A stretch of 58,396 bases of DNA, counting the filler, from Sphacelaria rigidula (lineage: Eukaryota), in NCBI GenBank assembly GCA_964200075.2. It is 9 parts of 9 records of this genome, joined end to end, with 100 filler letters (N's around TTAATTAATTAA, not from the genome) between each part and the next. Parts side by side here need not be neighbours in the genome. Positions count along the whole stretch, not along the records: positions 1 to 6,400 come from CAXNAA020020307.1; positions 6,501 to 12,900 come from CAXNAA020020308.1; 7 more parts are not named here. One strand, given 5' to 3'. This document shows positions 1-11,741 of the stretch, piece after piece; within the stretch, counting starts at the first letter, position 1, and each line of letters opens with the position of its first letter. The notes beneath the pieces were generated by a model. That model searched no databases, was not told the DNA's origin, and was given only the letters and a program-made list of their open reading frames with translations. Both the position numbers and the translations under genes were made by a program.

Positions 1-1439
1 TGGCCATTTTTCGTACCTTTCTTAGGCAAAAAACGAGAAGGTATACCTTTTCTAGGCCATTGCCCTTTAATTTACCACAAAATTATCCCCATGCATGGGT
101 GCTGTGCCAATAGTTAGATGCCATTTTCATGGCAGGCACGAATCTCGAATTTTTCGAGCACCGGGGGGAAAATGATCGGGGAACGCATTTTATGGACAAG
201 GATTTGGACCAAATCAAGGACGAAAAAATCGAGGGAAATCGTTCCGCGATCATGACTCCCCCCGGTTTTTTCGAGGTGACCTTGAGGTGACATAAATGTA
301 TTTACGTACTAGGCACCAAATTCATTCGTACGGTTCGTTATGAAATAATTACAGTAAACTGAAATCATTGATTTTTTCGTTGTTTTCCATGATTCTTGTT
401 GGGATTTTCGCTGGATAGGTGCGGTACTCGAACTCCCTCTGCCGCAGGGAAGTGAACAAAGTTGCACTGTTCGGTTACTTGTTATCCGGGCCTGTTCTGG
501 ACTTCAATTCTCTCCGTTGGCCTGCTACAGCCCAAGGCAGCAGAAGGAGGAGAGCTGAAAAAAAAATCTGCTGTCAGCATCGATAATATTTTGATACACG
601 CCAAGATGGCACCAAGTCAAAGCAAGCGAAGCGTACACCTTGGAAAGGAAGCGGAGTTCTAGCACACGGGATCGTACACTCAAGAGAGATACGAGTACAT
701 TACTGCGTGAGCTATCTGATATCCCGTGTTGTCTCCAGCATCGTATCGCAACTACTGTCTGTCGCGATACCGACTGTATCTGTACCGCAAGAAGATCCGC
801 CAGCGCTGGCCAGCCAGTTGGCACCGTGTTTATCATGCATGTCTGTACGGCATCGATCGACGCGAGCCATCCAGCACAACAGCATGGCAGCCAACAAAAA
901 GGGGCCAGCAGCATTGATGCGTGTGGAGTCTTTTTCTTGGTCAATATTCCGTCCGAGCAACATGAAACACCACACAACGACGACGACGGAGCCATCTTGA
1001 ATCGTGCCCCGTATCCAAGGCCATGCAGATGCAGCAGCAACCAAAGCGCGAGTGGAGACTGCAACACCAACCCCGGCCACCGCAACCGCAACCATACCGC
1101 GGGCACGGCGACACTCAAAACGAATGTTGGGTACACTACCCAGTATACCAATAGACAGAGCACCGCCTGTGAGACTACCGTCGTCTTGCATGTCATCCTA
1201 CCTCCGCACGGTGCTGTACTGCGGCTGCGGGCACCAAAAGACCGGCAAAACCATGTGTGACGGAACCTATTCTAAAACTAAGTTTGTACTGTGAAATGTA
1301 CTTTGACACACAAAGGGATTGGTTAAAAAATTTAATTAAATGACTTGAAATTAGCGTTTGTACTATGAAAATAAACCCGTACCTATGGACCCACCGCCTG
1401 GCGTACGATGCTAGAGTACGAGGCGTTTGATATTTTTGC

Positions 1440-2730
1440 AACGGCAGCAGAAAACAGTATCGTGACAACACAGAGTGTGCCTACTGCTCGCCCCCGCTGC
1501 TGAAGCAACTTCGCACGGGGTTTGACCAGCGGATAATAAGTGCTGACGCCGTACCCTGCGGCGATGGTAATATTTCATGCTGCGCTGCTCTGCTACATGT
1601 ATCACCATAACGGACGTTACTGTACTCTCCTAGCTGTTGTCGCTGTACTTGAGGGGTGATGTACGACACTGCACTACTGAACTCTGCTCGCTCACTGTAT
1701 GTTCTCTGTTCTCGCAATACCGGCTGTGCCATCGTGTACAAACGGCATTATCATGTGCTGTACAGATGTAGTGTCCTGCACTCTATTACCCCAGGGTACC
1801 AAGGTACGACACTTTACTCGAAGGATTGTTTACCGCCTGTCTGCTCTTCAGCTTCGTGCACGGGTACGCAGTACCACACTCGTTCAGAAAATGGCCATCT
1901 GTGTACAGAACCGTTCCGCAAATCCGTGATACTGTACTGTCTGTGCCATAAAACAATCCCCCCGATTTTGACTGCACGAATCCCGAAAAAATCGAGATTC
2001 GTTGCCATAAAAGTGAGTCTCAGAGTTGGAGCTAAGGGGTAAGGGTATTACAGTCTAACCATAGGGTGTACACTTGTTGTGTTCCGAAGATCCCATACAA
2101 GAACTTAGATGGAAAAAAAATAATATTTGGGCTGTGAGACCAACTTATGTGGCAGCCAATCCCGAATCTAGCGGGACCCCAATCTCTGCCAAATCGGGGG
2201 GAATCAGATTCGCGAAACTCAGATTCGTGTGTACGCTCTATGGGTAATGGCTTCCCAGATTTGTTGAAATTGTTCTGTACACGAAGAGCCATTTTCTGCA
2301 GAGGTGTGGTATCACAATAAAGCCGAAGAGCAGGCAGGCAGGGAATCATGTTTCAACAACAGCGTCGTACCGTGGTACCCTAGGGTAACATGCAGTGCAG
2401 TACACTCCACCATCACAGCACACAGTGATGCCGTGTGGCAATACATGCTGGTACAGTCGGTATTGCGACAAGAGTGCACAACGTGAGACAAGAGTTCACG
2501 AGTGCAGTTCCATTCATCGCCCTGCAAGTTCAGCGACGGCAGAGTGTAGGTTAGTACAGCACCACTTGTTATGATGATACATACAACAGTACAGTGCAGC
2601 ATAAAATATTGTCATCACGACAGGGTACAGCGCCCACACTTGTCATCCGCTTGTCAAACCCAGTGCGAAGCTGCTCCAGCAGCTGGCGCTGGCAGCCCGG
2701 TCTGTGCTGTCACGAGACTGTCTGCTGTTT
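1440..2730. repeat. Diverged inverted repeat pair (about 1440-1860 and 2310-2730)
   Basis: CTTCGCACGGGGTTTGACCAGCGGAT pairs with ATCCGCTTGTCAAACCCAGTGCGAAG, and CCAGGGTACCAAGGTACGAC pairs with GTCGTACCGTGGTACCCTAGG. Confidence 0.75.
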
Positions 2731-2990
2731 TTTGTTTTCTTTCGCACTTCGAATCCCTCTCCTTTCTCGGGATGAGTCCGTGGTCTCAAGGGATCAACCC
2801 ATCTCTCCCCCGGTACGCGCCTTACATTTGGTCTCGCGGACTGGGTCAGCACTCCCGCACCGCGTCAACTCACGTCACACAAACTCAGTCGACTACTTTG
2901 TTCACTCACGTTTCACCAACCCCTCCCTCCCCGGGACTGTGATTTGAACCCTGGTCGTTCGTTCCACTACCCTCGTCACACAGTAAGTAC
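2725..2990 (-). mobile_element. Putative tRNA-derived SINE family B
   Basis: Minus strand has B box GGTTCAAATC. The 3' segment GATCCCTTGAGACCACGGACTC...GTGCGA plus A-rich tail recurs at about 24030-24125 (-), 39070-39160 (+) and 9820-9900 (-). Confidence 0.55.
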
Positions 2991-3399
2991 CCTTGTCCTG
3001 TAACAGGGGGATGAAACATGTCTTGCGGTGAGACGAAGCCTTTCGTTCTTGAGGATGTGCAGCATTTGCATATATATACGCCTGAAACCCTCGCGAGGGC
3101 ATGCTCAACAAGACTCCAGAGGAAATTCAGAGCAACCGCAAATATGTACTCCAGGGTGAGCATTATCGAACCCTCAAAATTTTGTGGGGAAGGTCTCCTC
3201 AAAAAATGTGGTCAATATTGCGGTGAAGTGTGAACTTTTTTTTGGAATTTGAACACTGAAAGTACCTTCGGCTAGTTTGTGTTCAAAGCTAAGCACCTGT
3301 GGCTGGTTGTACCCCATCCATTCTGTGCATACGTGTGCAGATGACCATCCTACCTGGGGATCAATCATGAAGATGAATCTCCTCGCCCGTGTCCGTTGT

Positions 3400-4355
3400 C
3401 CATTTCGTACAGACCTTACAGAAGTTTCGGGTAAGGGTATGAGAGACCCACAGAGGTCACAGAAGTGCCGGGTGCCGGTGTGAAAGCCTGACAAAGTCAC
3501 AGAACTTTCGGAGAGGGGCATGAAGGTCGTAAAGATGTTACAGAACTGTCGGGTATCGGTATGAAAACCTTACGGAAGTCACAGGACAATCGGGTACGGG
3601 TAATCCCCGAGAAAATAACCTGGGTATACAAAAAATGTGCCCTTCAAAACACAAGTTGGAAACGATCACCATCAACATCGATGGCGTGCACCTTCTTACT
3701 TGATCCCCCCGGTGGCGCAGAAGAACCGCCCTCACACCAGCCACCACGCGAGTCTGGGGGTGATCCATCTTGACGGCCTGGACTGTTGCCCATGTTTCGT
3801 GTTTCCACTCAACAGTACCCCTCAACCCGTCGGAATTGACACGATCGAGTATTCTGCAGGATTGTTTTTGATTGATGGGGGTTTGGAGTACCAGTTCAGG
3901 TTGTCAGATTGTGTCGGAATTGAATTTACACCCATACCTCCCCAGAGTATACACCTGTGCTCGTGCCTGCATCGAGTAAATCTACAAGGGTATACCCTGA
4001 CCTCGGGTAAGGGTATGGAAGGCTCACATGAGTTAAAGAACTGTCCGGTAGGGGTATGACAGTCTTACAGAAGCTACCTAACTGTCAGGTATCGCTATGA
4101 AAGTCATGCATATGTTACAGAACTTGTCGGGTAGGGTATGGAGGTTCCATGGACAACCCTGCCTGCAACCGGGAAATATTTGTCAGGGTATACCCGTGCC
4201 CCTGGTGAGGGTATAGAAATTTTGCATAGCTCACAGGGCTATCGGGTAGGGGTATGAAAGTCTTACCGAAGTTACAGAACTGTCGGGTATGGGTTATACC
4301 CGGGAAAATATCCCGAATATACAAAAATTCTGTACCCTACAGAACACGAGCTTGC
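3400..4355. repeat. Two copies (about 3400-3660 and 3985-4355) of a dispersed element built from ~40-bp degenerate units
   Basis: Recurrent GGGTATGAAAGTCTTACAGAAGTTACAGAACTGTCGGGTA-like unit. Both copies end in a similar CCCGxGAAAATA...ATACAAAAA...CCCT.CA.AACAC terminus. Confidence 0.8.
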
Positions 4356-4904
4356 AATATATGTAATAATCAGACGAAATATGTAGTTTTGCTGCACCGA
4401 TATGTATATATTTGCCGGGCAAAATGTCTTGCGTACGATGTATGCAATGTGTTTCGGCCCATACATCTTGACGCACTCCGTCACGTTGACCCGAAATATA
4501 TCGGGAACATTTTGTATCGTCTTGGTTGCTGATTCAAGGTCGATATTTTCAACTATTCATCTCTTCGGCATTACCTCTTGACCGTAAAACTTGGAGCTCC
4601 TGGCCCAGGTGTACCTACATCAATGTCTCCTGCAAAGCAGATATCTTTTTCAAAAGTCCTTAATGGGCACAGGGGACCTGGAGCTTAAAAGTCAGTTGGT
4701 AAAAAAAGACCCGAACGCTGTCCGTCGTTTTCGATCCCCGCCAGCGTCCAGCCCCTCCTGCATGCATCCATGCTCGCCCTTCCATCTCTCGGGAGGACGC
4801 AAACTTTTACACAGCACGGTGAGCAATTCAAATCGAATCACAAATAATGCTGAGCACGCTGTGCAAACAATTAACCACCCCAAACAGCGCGTAACGCATC
4901 ACGA

Positions 4905-5160
4905 ATCACCCTGAACACCGTAGCCCTGAATCCAGTAACATCACCAGGAACACTGTAGCTCCGAATCCAATTACATCACTCTGAATACCGTAGCTGCGAA
5001 TCCAATTACATCACCCAGAACACTGTAGCTCCGAATCCAATCACATCACCCTGAACACTGTAGCTCCGAATCCAATTACATCACCCTGAACACTGTAGCT
5101 CCGAATCCAATTACACCAGTCTGGCTACCGTCGCTCCGAAGCCAATTACATCACCCTGAA
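4905..5160. repeat. 35-bp minisatellite, about 7 copies
   Basis: Unit CTGAACACTGTAGCTCCGAATCCAATTACATCACC, head-to-tail with no spacers. Confidence 0.95.
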
Positions 5161-6320
5161 TAGTCGCTGCAGTCTATAAACGGCTCTTGACTGGCCAGAA
5201 GAGCCATTGTCACGTCCGCCCGCATCCTGGGGTCTAAAACAAAATCCCTAAGATGCGCGCGAGCATGGGGCAAAGTAGTTGGGGTTGGGGGGGGTCACCT
5301 GTAGAGAGTTACGTCTTGCCAATTTAGTGGTGGGGGCTGGGCACTGGCTGGGGAAATGGCTACCTGAGACCAATGTCGGTTTTTCAGAAAATTGACTGCT
5401 CACGTGTAAAGTACAGGTGCCTCATTATGACGAAATGCTTCCGTCGGTTGCGCACATTACCGGACGAGCTGGCAACTTGGTGAGCCTGACTGTACAAGCC
5501 AGTGTGAAAACCTGCACATGTCTTTCGTCGCCGAACATTTGGATGGATGTTGTCGATCAACTCTGACCTCCGCGTCACTACAATCAGGCAACACTTGGGA
5601 TTTGGCGCCTAATCCTATCGATGAATACCCGCCGATATGACGCAGGTGGTAAATATTATATCGGTCGACGCTATCAGTGCATAGCCTCACTCGTTCGCGC
5701 AGGTCATCATGAGTGTAGCAAACGAAGCCAGCTATGGTTGGAAGGCTATCGCTACACGTCAACTTGGGAGGAAACTGATACCAATTCAATAGACAGACGA
5801 CACACAAGACAATTCGCTTGCGGCGGCCAAGACGGGTCAAGACATATCCATCCTCTTTAAATTTTCCGGGGGCGGGCGGGAATAAGGCCCGCGTTGACGA
5901 GACCCGGTTCAGAGCTCACCGTCAAATGGGTGATGTTATCGTAATGCTCACGTGAAGTAAGACATTGGTTCATTTGCCTGGGTGAAATAAAAACAAAGGA
6001 GTCTCAAACTGCGACACACTCTAATTTGCATCTGATGAGGGCGATCGACCACGTACCTACAGCCCTGCTGGTAATCTTCGAACTCAACGTAGTCGTCCAT
6101 ATCGGCAAACTTGCCAGAGCCAAATATTCTGCAGGATGCGGTGAAGGAGAGGGGGAAGAGAAGACGAGTACGACAGGTGATGTACAAGAACGAACAGTTC
6201 GGAATAATGCTAAAGCTAATACACAGTAAACTTCCAATCGTGTGGTGCGTGCACACTTGCGAGTTCATCATGTCGCAATAGTGCCCTCTTCGTTATTCTT
6301 TCTTGAAATGCACCCTCTCA

Positions 6321-6321
6321 A

Positions 6322-6370
<49 letters not shown>

Positions 6371-6400
6371 CCATCACATTAGCCCGATCTCTCGAACCCG
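6321..6400 (-). repeat. (TAA)n-tailed retroelement 3' end at a contig end; same sequence at about 25835-25900
   Basis: (ATT)n-ATATCCATCA.ATTAGC.CGATCTCTCGAACCCG terminates both contig 1 and contig 4. Confidence 0.75.
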
Positions 6401-6500
6401 NNNNNNNNNNNNNNNNNNNNNNNNNNNNNNNNNNNNNNNNNNNNTTAATTAATTAANNNNNNNNNNNNNNNNNNNNNNNNNNNNNNNNNNNNNNNNNNNN
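6401..6500. other. Artificial contig linker N44-TTAATTAATTAA-N44
   Basis: 100-nt linker with stop codons in all six frames. Confidence 0.98.
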
Positions 6501-6749
6501 TCCGTCTCGAAAGGGATGCGTGGTCAATGGTCACACGACTAAGGCAAGCAACAAATGAGTACGCCCCCCTTCCCCCAAGTCATGCCACTGGCTCACGATG
6601 CAGTACTTCTAGTCCTTTACCCCATCTCCCGTAACTCCATACCTACGCCCCCTGTCTCCGTACCTTTTTATCTAGTTGTACTCCTTTTCCCTGGTTTCCT
6701 CTCTTTACCTCCTTCCCCATTTTTATTGGCTTCATCATTGGTGCGCGAT

Positions 6750-8250
6750 GCCAACCGTTGTCTCGGCCGCACTCCTCATACAGCCGCATCAATGGCCGAC
6801 GCCGTCGATGCCTTGTTAGCATATTTTGATATCACGAACAAACGCATAAATGCATCACGGTTACGTCTTCATTTCTTCTGAATGTTCAGTGTGGACAGAC
6901 ACGCTGATCCCAATCGTGTCGCGCCCCCCTATGCTACCTCAATGTGGTGCACACTCAGACTCATCCAAACCGGTGGTTCGATCATCTGTCGGAGGGCCAT
7001 GATTACTTCTTCACGTGTCCATGTCTTCCACAACTTCCCCTCCGCGTAAAACACGAGTGGTGTTGATCTTCCTACAGTACTTCTGTATGTGTCTACACCG
7101 ATCTTAGTATCAACATCAACCTTAGAACTATTTTTGAAAAGCCTGATTGTCCTTCGAGTAAATTCTACATGGATGTGGCGTCGTCTATGTCTTTTTTCAA
7201 TAATTGATATCCGAATGTGCTCGTGTTAATAGTTGTACCGATCGTTGTCAGTCCCCTTTCGAGGTCTTGGAACAACGTCCGCCCTCGTCGCCTGATTCTG
7301 CTGTTCCGGCCTATAACGGAATTGTACGTTGCACAGGTTAGCGGTCACATGCCACCTCGTCAGGCAAATTGCCCAGTGTACCTGGCAACTGCCGTTTGCG
7401 AACAGCTCTGACGCTCGACATGAAGAGAGGTATGCCTGATATATTGCCACGGTGTGCAGGACAAAGAGTGACATATCTAGCCAATAGGGCCAGGGTCTTA
7501 CTCTCGTCAAGTTTCTCTGCTGTACGTAGCTTACCTCACAGCATCTAGGCTGAGATGAGGCCGTCAAGTTTGGCCCGTCGAAGGACGGTGTTAAAGAAGC
7601 CTACATGCGCACTAGTTGTAGCGAACAGTAGACTGTATTATGCATTTATTGGGGGGACTTGTGATCTGCGTGTGTTAGCCTGTAAACATAGAAGGGCCTG
7701 TATTGGCGGAGTCAGTCTGTGAACACATCTTCGCTCACAGTGACCACCTTTGAGTCTTACACAAGGAGACGTTTCAAATTCAGATATGAAAAATGAAGGA
7801 TCAATCCCAACTGAAGAACAGAAGCAGTTCGTCAATGACGGTTTCGTTCAGCGCTGTAAGCTCACAGAGTCGGTGAATTGCGCTGAAGATCTACGCGATC
7901 GAGGGGCATTAGGCCGACAAAAACGTCATTGGGCACCACGGCTAAGAGTGTGAGGAAAGCACTGTTTTAGGATTGAACCTCATCTCGGAGTTAAACCTCA
8001 ATTCGCACAATTTGTTGTTTTTTGTTCAAACGAGCTTGTTTCCAACAGGACACAGCCATCGATACTGCTTGACACCATTGATACTGCTCACGCCAATACA
8101 AGCGCACCACGAGTGTGGTGGGTCGTCAGACGCATACATGAACCCTGTTTTCCGTGGAATCAAACACCCGCCCCCCCTATCTGTGATTGCGAGTCTGGTC
8201 CGGTAAAAACGCGGCGTGCTCCATCCCGGCTTTGTAGGGAGGCCAGGAAA
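6750..8250 (-). mobile_element. Highly decayed tyrosine-recombinase retrotransposon (DIRS/Ngaro-like)
   Basis: Minus strand gives CRASELFANGSCQVH..CLTR (catalytic-Arg box, about 7410), then PLVFYAEGKLWKTWTREEVIMALRQMI, then H*GSIGGATRL...IQKK*R...DAFM (HSxRIGGAT box and the box before the catalytic Tyr, about 6840-6945). Stops and frameshifts throughout. Faint RNase H-like traces upstream. Boundaries approximate. Confidence 0.7.
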
Positions 8251-10017
8251 ATTGCCTTGTGACTACGGCGTGCAAGATCATGAGTGCGCCCCCTCCTATG
8301 GTAGCATGATTCGGCTGAAGAATATACATACATCACCACCTGCCCGAGATTTCCATTCGGGTATTTCATTCTTTCCCGAAAATTTTCATCAATTGCTCGA
8401 ATGATTGACATATTGATTGAATGGCCAAAACCAGCGATCCGCTTTTGGATCGTAACCCAGTCGTGATGGCGAGGTTGACGCACGTACGCAAGGTGAATAC
8501 ACGGGAGAAACATCCGTTATGCGAACATAAGTGGGAAAACGATGAACGATGAGCAATAAAACTGGAGAAATGCATTAGTACCAGAATGAGAACTATATAG
8601 TATGCTCACAAAAGACTCCGAACTGAGAGCTGTACCAAAAAAAAGTAATCATTTTCTGATATCCGGTTCTTCGACGTCGGCATAGCGAGTGACTTGGGCA
8701 TTTTGGAAGTTTCTAACACTCGTTCATTGTACGCGTGCCGTGGTCATTTCTGCCAAACCTTTACACGTACGTTACGATGACTTCAAGGGTTGGCTCATCT
8801 CCCAGTTCCCCCCTATCCGGCATTGGGCTCTGTAAGAATCCCCTACACATTGGCCGGAACACACACACATAACAGCAGTACAGAAACCGCAGCAAGCAGC
8901 TGCATTAGCCGCAGGTGTAATCCAAGGTATGCAGACAGGTGTTTCTCCTGCACCCCCCTTGAAGCGTGCAGCGTGGTCCCCGGGAAAGTTCGAAACTTGG
9001 CCGCCTCAGCCTCACTGTTTTTCGATCGCTATATCGGTTCGATCTTTTTGACTCGCAGTCAACTAATACCAGTCTCTCGAACCCATTATACTACTGCCTG
9101 TACGTCCTTGATCTGAGTCCAGAGACATCCGCTTGACACGTAAAGCAACTTCCCTATCGGAGGTATGACTACGTCGGGCAACGTACCTACCCTACTAGGA
9201 TTTAGAATACCTGATTCGAGGAAGATAATGGATGGAGTACAGTGCCTTGGTTGTTGGCCGCCCCTTGCAGTTTAGATAACGTGATATACACTCAATGCAG
9301 CCGGACTTGCGGTGGATCAATACCTCATACTCCCACCCGCAGGAGGGCGAGCAGTGAACCCAGGATCGTTTTCCAAAAACCGCGTCGCCGGGAATCGTCG
9401 CCTGAAGAACGCAAACAGACTCTTTTCAGGACACCATCTAGCACGGGTAGGAGATTTCTGTGAGAGAGGCGGTCTCAGCGCCCGGCGTCGCAGTCACCAA
9501 TTATTCTCTATCGGAAATGCGCGGCCAGCGACATGGCTGAGGAGAGGTTGGCAAGTCAGGTTGGTGTTCTTTGCTGCACCGTATTCGACACGGTACGACA
9601 CATATACACTGAATGCAACCCCCGCAAATAGTACCCCCCGGGTGCTGAGTTCTGCGATCCCATGAACTCCTCACCACCCGGTGTTGTGCTGCGCTACATT
9701 CGGGTACTTGGAGGTACGCCCTTTTTTAGGCTAAAGTAGGGTTCCACGTGATTTTGGTGTAAGTCGAGCCACCGTTGACCCATTACGGTACTGTGCACGT
9801 ACACAGCACGAGTACTGGTTGCATTTTGTCGCACCTTTAATCAACATCTTCCTTCTCGCCTTGCTCGGGAGGAGTCCGTTCTCAAGGAATCAAAACGTTT
9901 ATCCCCCCCCAACGGCACTGGCCTATTCCGTGGCCCGTGGCGAAGGATAGATAGTTTTATCTTTTGTATTATTGGAGAGTGCCTAGACTGAGTCGACCCT
10001 ATGACTGAGGGATCAGA

Positions 10018-10163
10018 TGTTGAGTGGGCCCAGGTGGTAACGTGCTTGCCAGCCCGGGCGAGGTACTGTAGTCACACACACTCGACTACCAGTACCCGTA
10101 CATGTGCGCATTAATCTACACGCATATGTGCATGTTCTTTCAGTGTACCCGTTCACATGAACA
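10018..10163 (-). repeat. Putative short (146 bp) 3' LTR of the Copia element
   Basis: Bounded by TGTTGA...TGAACA and followed on + by CCCCCTC (GAGGGGG polypurine tract on the coding strand). No second LTR is available for confirmation. Confidence 0.6.
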
Positions 10164-10451
10164 CCCCCTCTGAACTGGTACATCAGTCGTCGTGGCTTTC
10201 TCTCAAAAAACAAAAATTAAGGAGGAAACCCGACCATCCGGGCAAAAAACCCCTCTCCTCAACAGCTTGTGCTCCATCTAGATAATCCACGGACGCCGGT
10301 CAAGGCAGATACACATCATGTCAGGAAACGCCCTACAAAACCCATGCCCCTGAAAGTAGCGTGGGTGGCTTAACCCAAAATGCGCATAAATGCATCTCTC
10401 AAACACCTGAAAATACCCGGCGCTAGCACAATGGTACACAAAAAAACGTAC

Positions 10452-11741
10452 CTACTTGTCACCTTCCAAGCTCGTCAAAAACCGTCTGTGCCTCGTAAAC
10501 AGGCTGATCGAGGGAGGCTTCGTCAAAATATCTACATGCTGCCATCCTGAGCCTACGTGTACAACCCTGACCTTTCCCGCTCCCACCAGCTCTCGAATGA
10601 AATGATATCTCACGTCTATGTGCTTACTCCTCTCGGAACTGAGAGGATTCTCGGCCAGAGCTTTTGCTCCCTCGTTGTCCTCGTACAAAAGAATTCCTTG
10701 GTCCTCCCCGCTTCCCGACACAGTCTGCGGTCGCAAGAGCGTCAACACTGCCTTCACGAACAACCCCTCCTTTGCCCCCTCGGCCATCGCAACATACTCT
10801 GCCTCCGTTGTTGACAGAGTCACGCAGTGTTGCGTGCGGCTCGTTGCCGACACTACAACACCACCGTACATTACGGCTACCCCTGATACCGAAAGCCTAT
10901 CCGTTTCGTTCTTAGCGTAGTCAGCTTCGCAGTAGACTGAGAGCCTATCATGACCTTTCTTGAACGTAAGTCCAAACTCCTTCGTCTCATTGAGGTACTT
11001 CAACACTTTCATCACAGCTTCCCAGTGCCTCTCGCATGGGTCATGCGACTGGCGAGCAAGCGCTCGTACCAAATTCGCGATGTCGGGTCTGGTGACTGTT
11101 GTCAGCCACATCACCCCCCCCACTGCGTTACGGTATGAGCGATTCACCTTTTTGTCTTCACCCGTTGTCGGCCCCAACTTTACAGAAACAGAGGCAGGGA
11201 TTTCCGAGTACCCCCTCACCTCAAAACACTTCAGGAGCGTGTCCGTGAACGTGAACGTGGTTTGCGTTACAGACAGCGTGACTCTATCCCAGTTTCTATC
11301 CACTGCACACCCCATGTACCAGGTGACCTCTCCGAGATTGTTCGTGGGGAACTTTTTGTCAAGGATTTGGCCCACTTCTCCCACGTATCTCTCCGAACTT
11401 CTGATGAGGATGTCGTCCACATGGACAACTAAACTCACACGTACGTCTCTTGCACCCTCCATCTGAAAAACACATGGGTCAGCCTCACACTGCACCATTC
11501 CGACATCCTCCAGCAAAGTTTGGCACAGAAGACGAGACCACTGCCTGCCCGCTTGCTTGATCCCGTAAATAGATTTTTCAAGCTTCACGGTCACGTCTGT
11601 CAAAACGGAGAAACCTTCAGGCAACCTCATGTACAGTTCAGTATCCACTTCTGCTTGAACAAAAGCCTGTGTCACGTCAAAATGGTACAGCGGCCACTCT
11701 TCCTGAACTGCCACTGCCATGCCTAGTTTGATGGAGGCCAT
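10452..11741 (-). pseudogene. Copia reverse transcriptase-RNase H remnant ORF (429 aa)
   Basis: Longest open piece of pol. It is separated from upstream pol sequence by an in-frame stop and a frameshift. Confidence 0.9.

Noticed and set aside
525..1260. Overlapping 223-aa and 206-aa ORFs as genes
   Set aside because: No recognisable domain, several frames open on both strands, and composition typical of repeat-derived DNA.
4905..5160. CRISPR array
   Set aside because: Units are contiguous with no unique spacers, no cas genes are present, and the context is eukaryotic.
6445..6456. TTAATTAATTAA as a biological motif recurring every 6.5 kb
   Set aside because: It is always centred in an N-run of fixed length, so it is a synthetic six-frame stop linker.
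7380..7610. Short host exons suggested by AG/GT boundaries (AYLSSCRASELFANGSCQ etc.)
   Set aside because: The peptide continues across the supposed intron boundaries as tyrosine-recombinase motifs, so a decayed DIRS-like element explains it better.
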